NCBI GenBank assembly: GCA_943788985.1
Contig: CALSSJ010000043.1
Location: forward strand, 1 to 64,000
DNA from: an uncultured Lentisphaerales bacterium
GTDB taxonomy: Bacteria; Verrucomicrobiota; Lentisphaeria; JABSQK01; UBA12247
Length of the DNA: 64,000 bases
Direction of reading: 5' to 3'
Shown here: in pieces, positions 10,513-21,242 of the stretch
Numbering within the stretch: position 1 is the first letter of the stretch
How the letters are laid out: each line of letters begins with the position of its first letter
Translations under genes and position numbers: made by a program
The notes under the pieces: generated by a model
What the model was told of the DNA's origin: nothing
Database searches by the model: none
Seen by the model: the letters and a program-made list of their open reading frames with translations, nothing else

Positions 10513-12439
10513 AGCAGTAGAGAAGTATCTCGCGCGCCATCAGGACAAGGACCTGCTGCGCTTCCTGACCGCCGGAAGTGTGGACGATGGCAAAAGCACG
10601 CTCATCGGCCGCCTGCTGTTCGACAGCAAACGAATCTATGATGACCAGCTGGAGGCGCTTCAGTGTGACTCAGCGACCTATGGCACCACGGGCGGCCCTG
10701 ACCCGGCGTTGCTGACCGATGGGCTGGAGACCGAGCGTAACCAGGGCATCACGATCGACGTGGCCTACCGCTACTTCTCCACAGACATGCGCAGCTTTAT
10801 CATTTGCGATGCGCCCGGTCACGAGCAGTACACACGCAATATGGCGACTGGTGCAAGCCGTTGCGACCTCGCAATCATCCTGATCGATGCCCGTAATGGC
10901 GTAATGCCTCAAACAAAGCGCCACAGCTTCATCGCAAGCCTGCTGGGGATTCAACACTTTGTCGTGGCGGTGAACAAGATGGACGCGGTGGACTACAACC
11001 ACGAGACATTCCGAGCGATTCGCCGCTCGTATGAATCGTTCGCCGCGAAGCTACGCATCTCCAACATCCACTTCATGCCGATCTCCGCGTTGAACGGGGA
11101 TAACGTGGTGACGCGGAGTTCGCAGATGCCGTGGTACCAAGGCGCACCGTTGCTTTCGTATCTGGAGACCGTGGAGATCGCGACCGATCGGAATCTGATC
11201 GATTTCCGGTTTCCGGTACAGTACGTGATTCGGCCAGACACTGAGTTCCGTGGCTATGCGGGCTCTGTGGTCTCGGGCAATGTGCGCAAGGGCGATGAGA
11301 TCATCGTCTTGCCATCGCGACGTCGCACGCGGATCGAAGCGATCGAGACGTTTGACGGTGAGCAGCCCGAAGCGTTTGCCCCTATGGCGGTGACGCTACG
11401 CACCACGGACGACATCGACATTTCGCGTGGCGACGTGCTTTGCCACGTGAACAACGTGGCGACGGTGGGCCGCGGTTTTGAGGCAATGGTGGTCTGGATG
11501 GCAGACTCAACAATGAAGTTGGGAAGTAATTACCTGCTGAAATGCGGCTGCGCCACAGCACCAGTTACGATCGAAGAGGTTCGCTACCGGTTCGATGTCA
11601 ATACGCTAGCACGCGAGCGATTCGAAGCCGGGACGGGCGAGTTGGTGGTCAATGACATCGGCAGTGTCCGTCTCACCATGCACAAGCCATTGGTCTTCGA
11701 TCCCTACGCGCAGAACCAGGCGCTCGGCGCATTTGTCCTGATCAATCGCGTAACCAACGCGACGGTGGGCGCGGGGATGATTCGCGCGACGCAGTCGGAA
11801 AGCGATCTGCGTCCAGATGCCACGGGCGGCCCCGTGAGCAAGAACATTACACGCGTGGTGCCGCTGGTTCAAAACCACGAGCGGCACGGCGTGCTCGGCC
11901 AGCGTCCGGTCACGTTGTGGCTGACAGGCCTGAGTGGGTCCGGCAAGTCTACGGTGGCCGTGGCGCTGGAAAATCATCTCGTCAATGAACTCGGCCGAAC
12001 CGCTTTTGTGCTCGACGGCGACAACGTCCGCCATGGCTTGAATCGCGACCTTGGCTTCTCCCCCCATGACCGCACAGAGAACATCAGGCGCATTGCGGAA
12101 GTCGCAAAGTTGATGAACGACGCTGGCCTGATCGTAATCACGGCCTTCATCTCCCCGTACCGCAAGGACCGCAGCAACGCGGCCGAGATTATCGGCCCCG
12201 ATCGCTTCCGCGAGATTCATATCGATACAGACCTGGCGGTCTGTGAGTCACGCGACCCAAAAGGCTTGTACAAGAAAGCAAGGTCTGGTGAGATTCGCGG
12301 ATTCACCGGCATTGATGCGCCGTACGAAGCCCCGGAGAATCCAGCGCTTCGGGTCCCGACGGATTCGCTGCGGGTCCACGATTCCGTGGCACGGATTGTC
12401 GAAGCGCTCGCCACGGGCGGCTTTTTCGCCAGCAGCTGA
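10499..12439 (+). CDS. cysNC: Bifunctional sulfate adenylyltransferase subunit 1 / APS kinase (CysN-CysC fusion)
   Basis: [37 protein letters not shown] kinase [34 protein letters not shown]. Confidence 0.96.
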   Translation: MATSEAVEKYLARHQDKDLLRFLTAGSVDDGKSTLIGRLLFDSKRIYDDQLEALQCDSATYGTTGGPDPALLTDGLETERNQGITIDVAYRYFSTDMRSFIICDAPGHEQYTRNMATGASRCDLAIILIDARNGVMPQTKRHSFIASLLGIQHFVVAVNKMDAVDYNHETFRAIRRSYESFAAKLRISNIHFMPISALNGDNVVTRSSQMPWYQGAPLLSYLETVEIATDRNLIDFRFPVQYVIRPDTEFRGYAGSVVSGNVRKGDEIIVLPSRRRTRIEAIETFDGEQPEAFAPMAVTLRTTDDIDISRGDVLCHVNNVATVGRGFEAMVVWMADSTMKLGSNYLLKCGCATAPVTIEEVRYRFDVNTLARERFEAGTGELVVNDIGSVRLTMHKPLVFDPYAQNQALGAFVLINRVTNATVGAGMIRATQSESDLRPDATGGPVSKNITRVVPLVQNHERHGVLGQRPVTLWLTGLSGSGKSTVAVALENHLVNELGRTAFVLDGDNVRHGLNRDLGFSPHDRTENIRRIAEVAKLMNDAGLIVITAFISPYRKDRSNAAEIIGPDRFREIHIDTDLAVCESRDPKGLYKKARSGEIRGFTGIDAPYEAPENPALRVPTDSLRVHDSVARIVEALATGGFFASS

Positions 12440-12645
12440 GCCTCCAGAACGCACCACCCTCAACAAGAGTGGGTTTTAAAAAATAAATCACGCAGGAAAG
12501 ACGAAACTTCTCCCATAATCAACAGTTTTCAAAAAGAGATTACTGAAACTTCTTGCAACTTGGGCTAAAATAGCTAAGTTTCACAAGGAATCTGGGGCAC
12601 AGTCCTGGATCTTATCGTTTTTCTAATCATTTTGGAGATTTTGCG

Positions 12646-14358
12646 ATGTCCGCAAAACGAACAGGCGGAGAGGTAATCATGGATTGCCTGCAGCAGCAGG
12701 AGGTGGAACACATCTTCGGCTATCCGGGTGGCGCGAATATGCCCATATTCGATGCGCTGCTAGACTCGCCGGTAAATCTTGTATTGGTTCGGCATGAGCA
12801 GGGCGCGTCCCACATGGCTGACGGCTTTGCCCGCGTCACGGGTAAGGCAGGCGTGGTCCTCGTCACCAGCGGTCCGGGCGCGACCAACACGATCACCGGC
12901 ATTTTGACCGCCATGATGGACTCCATCCCGATGGTCATTATCTGCGGCCAGACCATCACTCCGAATCTGGGTCTGGATGCTTTTCAGGAAGCAGACGTCT
13001 CGGGGATTACCTACCCGATCGTGAAGCATTCCTACCTTGTAAAGGACCCGAACGACATTCCACGTGTCATCAAGGAAGCATTCTACATCGCTGAGTCGGG
13101 TCGTCCGGGACCGGTACTGATTGACGTGCCGAAGGATGTGTCGACGGCTGAGATTGTGCCAAACTTCGATGTAGAGTTGGATCTACCGGGCTACAGCGTT
13201 CCCACAGACGGACCTGCGATCGACATCGCGGAAGCCGCCGAGGCCTTGCAGAATGCGCGTCGACCGGTGCTACTATTGGGGCATGGCGTCCTGATTTCCG
13301 ACGCCAGCAACGCCGTGAAGCAGCTGGTCGAGAAGATGCAGATCCCGTTTACCATGACTTTGTTGGGCAAGGGTGCAATCTCTGAGTTTCACCCGCTTAG
13401 CTTGGGCATGCTCGGAATGCATGGCACTGCCTATGCGAACTACGCAGTCAGGGATTGTGACTTAATCATGTCGATCGGGTCACGCTGGGATGACCGCATT
13501 ATCGGCGATCCGGCTAAGTTCTGTAAGCACGCGACGAAGATCCACGTGGATATCGACCGCGCAGAGTTCAACAAGCTGATCGTGCCTGACATCTGTATTC
13601 ATGGCGATGCCCGCCGGGTGGTCGAGCACCTCAACGCGTTGGTTCAACCAGGCGACACCAAAGAATGGGTGGAGCAGGTCCATAAATGGCGCAAGCAAGT
13701 TCCACTGACTTACAAGAAGCAGGGCGGGCTGAAGAGCGAGTATGTGCTCGATCGCTTGAACGCCTTGATGCAAGGCGAAGGGATCGTCACGACTGACGTC
13801 GGCCAGCACCAAATGTGGGCCGCGCAGTATTGCCTGACCAAGCATCGCAACTACTGGTTGAGTTCCGGTGGTGCAGGGACGATGGGCTACGGCATGCCTG
13901 CTGCGATTGGGGCACAGCTAGCCGCTCCCGGTGTGCCGGTTTGGGCGGTGGTCGGCGACGGCGGCGTCCAAATGACGATGCCAGAGATGACCACTGCGGT
14001 CATCAACAAGCTGCCGATCAAGATCCTGATCATCAACAACTCCTTCCTCGGCATGGTCCGACAATGGCAGGATCTGTTCTTTGACAACCGCCTCTCCGGC
14101 GTGGCTATGGTCGGGAACCCGGACTTCGTGAAATTGGCTGAAGCCTACGGCGGCAAGGGCTTTCGCATCAAGCGGAATGCCGATGTCGACCGCGTCCTGC
14201 AGGCAGCTGCGGACTACAACGACGGCCCCTGCATTATCGATGCCGAAGTGGTCAAGGCCGACAACGTCTTCCCGATGATTCCGAGTGGGCTGACCTACGC
14301 AGATATGATTCTGGAACGCCCGAAGCATAAAATGGACAAGCCGCCAGGAAGCACCTGA
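12646..14358 (+). CDS. ilvB: Acetolactate synthase large subunit
   Basis: FGYPGG, RHEQGA, TSGPGATN, DAFQE, GMLGMHG, DVGQHQMW, GDGG, LGMVRQWQ. Confidence 0.96.
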   Translation: MSAKRTGGEVIMDCLQQQEVEHIFGYPGGANMPIFDALLDSPVNLVLVRHEQGASHMADGFARVTGKAGVVLVTSGPGATNTITGILTAMMDSIPMVIICGQTITPNLGLDAFQEADVSGITYPIVKHSYLVKDPNDIPRVIKEAFYIAESGRPGPVLIDVPKDVSTAEIVPNFDVELDLPGYSVPTDGPAIDIAEAAEALQNARRPVLLLGHGVLISDASNAVKQLVEKMQIPFTMTLLGKGAISEFHPLSLGMLGMHGTAYANYAVRDCDLIMSIGSRWDDRIIGDPAKFCKHATKIHVDIDRAEFNKLIVPDICIHGDARRVVEHLNALVQPGDTKEWVEQVHKWRKQVPLTYKKQGGLKSEYVLDRLNALMQGEGIVTTDVGQHQMWAAQYCLTKHRNYWLSSGGAGTMGYGMPAAIGAQLAAPGVPVWAVVGDGGVQMTMPEMTTAVINKLPIKILIINNSFLGMVRQWQDLFFDNRLSGVAMVGNPDFVKLAEAYGGKGFRIKRNADVDRVLQAAADYNDGPCIIDAEVVKADNVFPMIPSGLTYADMILERPKHKMDKPPGST

Positions 14359-14419
14359 TTCAGGCCTAAGTCAAGCTTCGCATTCGAATTACGCATCACG
14401 CATCGAGATTCTTTTTACT

Positions 14420-14911
14420 ATGACACCACAGCATACCATCAGCTTGCTTGTGAATAACAAGCCGGGCGTTCTCATTCGTATCGCGCTCGTGTTCTCACGA
14501 CGCGGGTACAACGTGGATAGCCTTGTTGTTTCTCCGGCCAAGGAGGAACGCTTTTCGCGCATGACGATTACCGCTTCTGGGGACGAACAAATCCTAGAGC
14601 AAATCATCAAGCAACTCAACAAAGTTGTCGACGTGCTCCACGCCACCGACCATACCACCCACAGTGTCGTCGAGCGTGAGCTGGCCCTGGTCAAGGTTTC
14701 CTGCCCGATTTCCACACGCACTGAGCTGCTGCAATTGGCCGAGCACTTCAAAGCTGAGTCGGTGGACCTTTGCGAGGAGACGATCACTCTGCAATGCACG
14801 GGCGACGCGGGAAAAATGGACGCCTTTATCACGCTCCTGCAACGTTATGACGTGCTTGAGACCGTACGTACTGGCAAGATTCTCATGGCTCGCGGCACCG
14901 CGGAGACCTAA
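14420..14911 (+). CDS. ilvN: Acetolactate synthase small regulatory subunit
   Basis: NKPGVLIRIALVFSRRGYNV, EQIIKQLNK, ERELALVKV, VRTG. Confidence 0.95.
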   Translation: MTPQHTISLLVNNKPGVLIRIALVFSRRGYNVDSLVVSPAKEERFSRMTITASGDEQILEQIIKQLNKVVDVLHATDHTTHSVVERELALVKVSCPISTRTELLQLAEHFKAESVDLCEETITLQCTGDAGKMDAFITLLQRYDVLETVRTGKILMARGTAET

Positions 14912-14913
14912 TC

Positions 14914-15639
14914 ATGGTGCAGGGCAACCTGCCGGGCTCGACCACGCATCCACAGCCGGAGATTGAGGCATTTATCCCAGACGATGTACGGCTGGCGATA
15001 GTCATCTTCCCCGGCGGTGGGTACCACACGCGGGCACCCCATGAAGGCCGTCACTATGCCGAGTTTCTCATGGCGCATGACGTGGCCTGCTTCGTAGTCG
15101 ACTATCGTTCGGGGACGGACGGCTTCCGGCATCCGGCGATGTTGGAGGACGCACTTTGGGCGCTTTGCGGAGTTCGCAACTGGCTCAAAGAGCAGGGACT
15201 GGTTGTGCCAGTTGGGCTCATGGGCTCGTCAGCAGGCGGGCACCTGGCTGCACACGCCACAGTGGCAGCCGAAGACTACGCCGTCCCGGCGCCAGACTTT
15301 TTCGTGCTCTGCTATCCAGTCATTGCCCTTGATCAGCCCTACGGACACAGCGGCTCACGAGCGAACCTCCTAGGGCAAGATGCTAGCGATGCGCAAGCGC
15401 GTGCGGTCAACCCTGTCTATCGCATGGGTGCGAGCACACCGCCCGGCTTTCTCTGGCATACGTCTGAAGATCAGGGCGTACCAGTCGCCAACAGCCTGGA
15501 TGTGGCCCGCACTCTGACTGACCATCAGGTCCCGTTTGAGATTCACGTCTACGAGCGGGGCGGGCATGGGCTTGGCTTGAATGCGTCGTTTGCCTGGGGC
15601 GCTGAACTTGTGCGCTGGCTCGAGCGATTCGCAGGGTGA
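14914..15639 (+). CDS. Alpha/beta hydrolase (carbohydrate esterase-like)
   Basis: PGGGY, GSSAGGHLA, D..VP, GGHGLGL. Confidence 0.88.
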   Translation: MVQGNLPGSTTHPQPEIEAFIPDDVRLAIVIFPGGGYHTRAPHEGRHYAEFLMAHDVACFVVDYRSGTDGFRHPAMLEDALWALCGVRNWLKEQGLVVPVGLMGSSAGGHLAAHATVAAEDYAVPAPDFFVLCYPVIALDQPYGHSGSRANLLGQDASDAQARAVNPVYRMGASTPPGFLWHTSEDQGVPVANSLDVARTLTDHQVPFEIHVYERGGHGLGLNASFAWGAELVRWLERFAG

Positions 15640-16790
15640 AAATCTGCCACATAATTACCCGCATGATCGTGGGTGGTGCCCAGGAAAACACACTGTTCAC
15701 CTTGCGTGGCCACCTAGAAAATGGCCACGAGACGGTCTTGGTGACAGGGCCAACGACCGGCCCAGAAGGGAAACTCTTAGAGAAGGTTCCGCTGCCCGAG
15801 TTGCAGGTACACGAGGAGCCGTCGCTGATCCGTGCAATCCATCCAGCACAGGATTTGCGAGCGTATAGTCGCCTGGTTGCCTACTTGCGCGAGAATCGCT
15901 TCGACGTGGTGCATACCCACAGCTCCAAGGCCGGGATTATCGGTCGGGCGGCAGCCTGGAAAGTGGGCATACCGGTGGTTGCCCATACCGTGCATGGTCC
16001 GCCGTTTCATCGCTTTGAGAAGGCCTGGAAGAACCAGATTTACATCACGGCTGAGCGCTACGCGGCCAAACGCTGCCACCGCATTTACACAGTGGCAGAC
16101 GCGATGACCCAGCAGTTTCAAGATGCAAAGATCGGCCAGGCGTCCCAATACAAGACGGTATACAGCGGCATGGACTTGGAGCCGTATCTGAATGGCGTGC
16201 GTGACTGGGAAGGCCGCCGTGCCCTTGGGATCCCCAACGATTCCCTCGTCGTAGGCAAGGTCGCCAGACTCTTCGAACTCAAGGGCTATGAGTACCTGTT
16301 CGAGGCGATTCCCAAGATTCTGGCTGAGGTGCCGAATTGCTACTTTTTGATTGTGGGCGACGGGTTGCTGAGATCGCAATTTGAGAAGCAGGTACGGGAG
16401 CAGGGAATCACCGACCATGTCAAGTTTACGGGGCTGGTCCCACCGAGTGAGGTCCCGAAATACACGGGAATGATGGACGTGTTGGCCCACCTGTCTCTTC
16501 GCGAGGGCCTGCCGCGAGCCGTGGTCCAGGGCTTAGCTAGCGGCAAGCCGGCAGTCACCTTCCCGCTCGACGGCGCCCCGGAGATCGTGCTGCACGAGCA
16601 GACCGGACTGCTTTGTGAAACGGAGAACTCAGCTGCCGTGGCGGAATCAATTGCCCGGCTGTTGAAAGACGATGCGCTGCGCGAAACCTACGGACAGGCA
16701 GGCCGGAAGCATGCGGCCAGCCATTGGGATTGGCGACACATGGTGAACGAGATAGAGACCGATTATCAAAAACAGATGGACCTAAAATGA
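15636..16790 (+). CDS. Glycosyltransferase family 4
   Basis: HIITRMIVGGAQENT, HTHSSKAG, HTVHG, EGLPRAVVQ. Confidence 0.92.
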   Translation: MKICHIITRMIVGGAQENTLFTLRGHLENGHETVLVTGPTTGPEGKLLEKVPLPELQVHEEPSLIRAIHPAQDLRAYSRLVAYLRENRFDVVHTHSSKAGIIGRAAAWKVGIPVVAHTVHGPPFHRFEKAWKNQIYITAERYAAKRCHRIYTVADAMTQQFQDAKIGQASQYKTVYSGMDLEPYLNGVRDWEGRRALGIPNDSLVVGKVARLFELKGYEYLFEAIPKILAEVPNCYFLIVGDGLLRSQFEKQVREQGITDHVKFTGLVPPSEVPKYTGMMDVLAHLSLREGLPRAVVQGLASGKPAVTFPLDGAPEIVLHEQTGLLCETENSAAVAESIARLLKDDALRETYGQAGRKHAASHWDWRHMVNEIETDYQKQMDLK

Positions 16791-18172
16791 GTAACGCAAC
16801 TGATGTAACGATCGCGATTCTAGGCGCTGGTGGACGCTACTGGGCCCCAACTGTTCTGCGGGACCTCGCTCTCAGCCCAGACTTGACCGGAAAATTACGC
16901 CTCCATAGCCGACACCTCGGCGCACTCGACAAGACCGCTGAGGTTGCCGAAACGCTCTTCTCGCATCCTGATGCAAGGACCCGTTTTGAGGTCAGCTGTT
17001 CGACCAGTTTGGAGGAGACACTTAACGGTGCTGACTTCGTGTTTATTGGAATCTCCCCAGGGCCAGCTGCGATGTTCGCAAACGACCTCGAAATCACGGA
17101 GCAGTTCGGTGTGTTGCATACCGTGGGGGACACAACCGGCCCCGCCGGGATCTCTCGAGCACTACGTGCCATCCCGATTTTTGCGGAGTTCGCCAAGGCT
17201 GTGGGAGAACACTGCCCGAATGCGTGGGTGGTGAATTTTGCAAATCCGCTCACACTTTGCACAGCTGCGCTGTACGACGTGTTTCCAGACATAAAGGCGT
17301 TTGGCTGCTGCCATGAGGTAGCTGGCACAAAGCGTCTGCTGGCGCAGTTGATTTCCCGCGAACTGGGTGGTCCTGCACCGGCGGCCAACGAAATTTCCCT
17401 TGATATCGCTGGCGTCAATCACTTTACGTTTGCGACGGCAGCGCATTATCAGGGAGAGAGCTTGTTTCCGTTCTTACAAAGTCTGTGCGACCTTCCGGAG
17501 ACGTTTGCAGATGCCTCTGGGTATGCGGCGCATAATTCAGCACGGGGGGCATTCTGGGATCACAAGGCGATGATAGGGCTCGACATGTTTCGCCGCTTTG
17601 GGGTGCTCGGGGCAGCTGGTGACCGGCACCTGGCAGAGTTCGTCCCTTGGTATCTTTCTGCCGGAGAAGCGGGGCTGCATCGTTGGGGCGTCGTGGCAAC
17701 CCCCGCGAGCTTTCGCGCTGGGACATGGCAGCCAGCGGCCGGAGTGCAGGTGGCTGCGAACCCGCTGGATGCTAGCGGAGTCCCCGAGCACTTGGTTGCT
17801 TCTGGTGAGGAAGCAGTGGCACAGGTGTGCGCATTGTTGGGCTTATCAGACCTCGACACAAACGTGAATCTTCCGAATTCAGGCCAGATCAGTCAGCTTC
17901 CTATCGGGGCGATCGTAGAGACGAACGCGCAGTTTCGTCATGGTACGGTGCGACCGGTCACGACAACACCGCTGCCGGATGCCGTGGCACCATTGGTTGC
18001 TCGCATCTGCGAGGTCCAGGCGCTGACACTCCGTGCCGCGCTGGCCTGCGATTTCGATCTGGCGCTGCAGGCAATTCTACTGGACCCGCTGTGCATGATC
18101 GCGCCGGATCGCGCTGCGGACATGCTCAAGACGCTGGTGGCAGCAAACCGGGAGCTGCTGCTAGACTGGTAG
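16787..18172 (+). CDS. Glycoside hydrolase family 4, probable alpha-galacturonidase (LplD-like)
   Basis: VGDTTGPAG, NFANPLT, GCCHEV, GVNHF, AAGDRHLAEF, NVNLPNSGQI, VETNA. Confidence 0.88.
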   Translation: MSNATDVTIAILGAGGRYWAPTVLRDLALSPDLTGKLRLHSRHLGALDKTAEVAETLFSHPDARTRFEVSCSTSLEETLNGADFVFIGISPGPAAMFANDLEITEQFGVLHTVGDTTGPAGISRALRAIPIFAEFAKAVGEHCPNAWVVNFANPLTLCTAALYDVFPDIKAFGCCHEVAGTKRLLAQLISRELGGPAPAANEISLDIAGVNHFTFATAAHYQGESLFPFLQSLCDLPETFADASGYAAHNSARGAFWDHKAMIGLDMFRRFGVLGAAGDRHLAEFVPWYLSAGEAGLHRWGVVATPASFRAGTWQPAAGVQVAANPLDASGVPEHLVASGEEAVAQVCALLGLSDLDTNVNLPNSGQISQLPIGAIVETNAQFRHGTVRPVTTTPLPDAVAPLVARICEVQALTLRAALACDFDLALQAILLDPLCMIAPDRAADMLKTLVAANRELLLDW

Positions 18173-18176
18173 CTTG

Positions 18177-19685
18177 CTACTTCTTGCTACGCGCCAGATT
18201 TCTGGAATGGAGCTTGAAGCCAACATTGTCGACAACGGTCTCGGCTCCGCTGAAATTCCAGAGCATGTTCTTGCCTTTCGCGCCCTTGTAGGTGTTCCCG
18301 CGAATCGTGATATTCTCACCATCGCCCACGACCATGACACCACTATTGATGGTCTCATTCTCTGCAATCACGACGTCCTTGACTGAAAAGATGGTCTCGT
18401 GCCTACGGGTCGCGCCGAGCACGGAGATTGCACCATGCCGCGAATCGGTAGCGACTTTGTTTCCGCGAATCTCGAGCCCATTGATCGGCACCCGCCAGAT
18501 GCCGATATAGGCGTTTCCGGTGTTGTTGATGATCTTGCTGTCGACGACCGCGGTGTTGGACTCGGCGATGTGCATGATGCCGTCACCATCGGGGCCGATC
18601 GGGCCAACGTTCGGATACACGATGTAGTGATTGCCCTCTACAGTCCAGCGATGGCCACGCATCTCGATGGCGCGAACGTGGTTCGTGATGTCGCCGCGAT
18701 GAATACCGACGGTGGTCTCGCGCGCGACTTTTTTCTTGAACCGAATCACGTTGAACGAGCAAATGGTGCCGTCTCCAGTGAACAAGATGGCAGGGCCGCC
18801 ACTTCCATAAATAAAGTTGTCACGAATTACGAGGCCCCTGCGGAAGCCCCAGGGCATGTTTTGCGGGGTGGCCTCGGCGCTGAGCGCAAACTGATTGGCG
18901 GCGATGCCGGGACGAAAGTCGTAGTCAAAGATCGTATCGTGTTCCAATACGTTCGTCTTGCTGCGGCTATCCATGTACATCTTGAAATCCTTCATGATGA
19001 AGTTCGCATCTGCCTGCGGCAGGCGATTGTTTGCCAAGAGCATGTTCTCCCCACAGTACGCCTGCAGCGCAGCATGATCACGCTTGGTAAAGCGCTGCCA
19101 TTGATTCTGAAATGGTGCCGGAACCATGTCATTGGGCACGGCTGCGTTCTGCACGACGCACCCCACCACCAGACGATTCTTCCCTGCCTGGTGATCTTCG
19201 GTCTCGCCATACTCGATATGAGCGTGGTTGAGTTGCAGATGGACGAGGCCGCAATTCGAAGCAGTACCCACGTCCTCCAGATGAATACCCTTGAAGGCGG
19301 TATCATTGGCCGTGCCCTCCCCTTCGAAGCTAGGCGCATAGGCGGGAAATTGAAGGATGGTCCCAGGCGCAAAGGCAACATCACTGGCCTTCGTGACTTC
19401 CACGGGGTCGGCACCTCGTAGAACGATTCCACTCTTGAGCAGGATCGTCTCCCTGACGACGTACTCCCCCGCCGGGAAAAAGAGGACGCCGCCGCCCTGT
19501 TCGGTAAGTGCTTCCTGGCCGGTTGCGATCTTCGCATCCCAATTCTGGCCATCCACAGTGGTGATATCGAGTACATTGTCCCAGTGAATCTCACTGGTCC
19601 AGGCCAACTCGTAGCTGGCGCAAGGGTTGTCAGTGGGGACTGCCGCCAGAGAGACCGCCCATAATAGTAGCAATGCTAGACGCAT
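18177..19685 (-). CDS. Secreted right-handed beta-helix (pectin-lyase-fold) protein
   Basis: Signal peptide; GGGVLFFPAGEY...LKSGIVLRG N-terminal motif; repeated IxxN strands. Confidence 0.7.
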   Translation of the reverse strand: MRLALLLLWAVSLAAVPTDNPCASYELAWTSEIHWDNVLDITTVDGQNWDAKIATGQEALTEQGGGVLFFPAGEYVVRETILLKSGIVLRGADPVEVTKASDVAFAPGTILQFPAYAPSFEGEGTANDTAFKGIHLEDVGTASNCGLVHLQLNHAHIEYGETEDHQAGKNRLVVGCVVQNAAVPNDMVPAPFQNQWQRFTKRDHAALQAYCGENMLLANNRLPQADANFIMKDFKMYMDSRSKTNVLEHDTIFDYDFRPGIAANQFALSAEATPQNMPWGFRRGLVIRDNFIYGSGGPAILFTGDGTICSFNVIRFKKKVARETTVGIHRGDITNHVRAIEMRGHRWTVEGNHYIVYPNVGPIGPDGDGIMHIAESNTAVVDSKIINNTGNAYIGIWRVPINGLEIRGNKVATDSRHGAISVLGATRRHETIFSVKDVVIAENETINSGVMVVGDGENITIRGNTYKGAKGKNMLWNFSGAETVVDNVGFKLHSRNLARSKK

Positions 19686-19747
19686 AGGATTCCTCGTGTA
19701 ATTCGTAGTTCTCATTGTACGTGCTCTTCCCGAGGCAGCAAGGCTTG

Positions 19748-20806
19748 CTACTCGGAGCGCAAACCACTGTCAACCAGCGTCCGGCATTGCTGCAAGCTGC
19801 TGGAAAGGGCTTCGCTGTCTCCTTGCTCCAGTTGGGTAATCGCACGGCTCAGTTCGTGTTTAATGGCGTCCCTGGTGCGGCGCAGCCCGTAGGCGCCCTG
19901 CAATTCGGTTTCGTGCCCCACAGAGCGACCGTACGCCACGGTAAAGAGCTGACCGAGCATCTGAAGCATGGGCCTCGCAACCTGCGGCATGGTATGGACC
20001 GGACGACCGCTTTCTGCGTAGATCAAACCATTCAGGGAGCGCTTCCCCGTGTGCGGATGAAAGGCGCGCATCGGCACGAAGGCGAGCATCTTCACGTGCG
20101 GGTCGCTGGGTGGTTGCTGTAGTAGCTCACGTTCCATGAGGACTACGGCCTCCTGGCCGTGATGAATGCGCTCCAGCAGCAGTGGGGTGATCGTATGAGT
20201 CACCTTTCCCAAGGATACCATTCCCGGCGCCCGGGCAAGCTCTTGGCGCAGCACCCCCGCATCATCAAAGGTGAAAAGGATTGCTTTGCTCGCCTGACAA
20301 AGCTGGATGACGGCGTCCGTTGCAGCGGTTACAAGCTCGTTGGTATCGAAAGCTAGCTGCATCTCGGCCAGAGCACCGAGCATAAAGCGGTAGCCGGCTA
20401 CCGAAGACCCGTCCAGGCTTGCCAGTGGCTCCTCGCTGTAGACAAACGATTCGACGGCAAGGTCGAGTCGATCGCCGTCGCGTAACGGCTGGGAGCCCTC
20501 GATCTTGACGCCGTTGCACTGGCTGCGACCGCGGCCCTCAACATCCACCACGTGAAAACTACCGCCCACATAGCTGAGACGTAATTGCTCAGGAGCGACG
20601 AGATTGCTGTCGACCACGATCTGGTTGGAGCTGGCACGCCCGATGGCGAAGTCAGTGGAGCGCACTTCGAAGACTGCGCCTCGCGCCAAAACTCCGTTGC
20701 CAAGGCTGACCAGCCTGCCAATCACCAGACTTTCGCCGCACTGAACGCAGACGAAGGCTTCCGGCAGATTGGCTCCGTTGCAGGCTCGGCACATGAGCCG
20801 CTTCAT
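19748..20806 (-). CDS. Zinc-ribbon + FHA-like + GAF-like domain protein
   Basis: CRAC...CVQCG; IGRASSN...NG..I.....LRDGDRL; GAF-like AFVPM...GLIYAES. Confidence 0.7.
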   Translation of the reverse strand: MKRLMCRACNGANLPEAFVCVQCGESLVIGRLVSLGNGVLARGAVFEVRSTDFAIGRASSNQIVVDSNLVAPEQLRLSYVGGSFHVVDVEGRGRSQCNGVKIEGSQPLRDGDRLDLAVESFVYSEEPLASLDGSSVAGYRFMLGALAEMQLAFDTNELVTAATDAVIQLCQASKAILFTFDDAGVLRQELARAPGMVSLGKVTHTITPLLLERIHHGQEAVVLMERELLQQPPSDPHVKMLAFVPMRAFHPHTGKRSLNGLIYAESGRPVHTMPQVARPMLQMLGQLFTVAYGRSVGHETELQGAYGLRRTRDAIKHELSRAITQLEQGDSEALSSSLQQCRTLVDSGLRSE

Positions 20807-21186
20807 CCAGTCGGTTCCCCGGTCTGGCTATAGAAGGTAAAGAGGTTGCCTTCGGGATCGGAAAAGGTGATAGAGCGACGGCCTGGAATCTCGATCGGTG
20901 GGCGAAGTGGCAGAATCCCAAGACCATTCATCTCGTCCAGCTTGGCTTCCAAGTTTTCGACAGGCAGGAGCCAGGAAATCCCATGCCGCGGCCCGCCATT
21001 CTCAGCCACGATATTGGTCTGCTGCAAAACCAGAACACCAACATTCGGGACGGCAAACTCCACCCAGAAGCTGCTGTCGACTATTGGCTTCTCGAGCTTG
21101 AGCGTGTGTTGGTAGAAAGTCTTGACAGTAAGCAGGTCGCGAACCTGAAGCAGTACGGTATAGGGGAGTCTAGAGTCCGCTTCCAT
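20803..21186 (-). CDS. VOC/glyoxalase-family protein
   Basis: VRDL....FY...L, WVEF, FSDPEGN. Confidence 0.85.
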   Translation of the reverse strand: MEADSRLPYTVLLQVRDLLTVKTFYQHTLKLEKPIVDSSFWVEFAVPNVGVLVLQQTNIVAENGGPRHGISWLLPVENLEAKLDEMNGLGILPLRPPIEIPGRRSITFSDPEGNLFTFYSQTGEPTG

Positions 21187-21242
21187 ATAATCTCGTTGAG
21201 ACAGCAGAGAGTGATCAAACCGGGCAGCAGAGCCAAGGTGTG

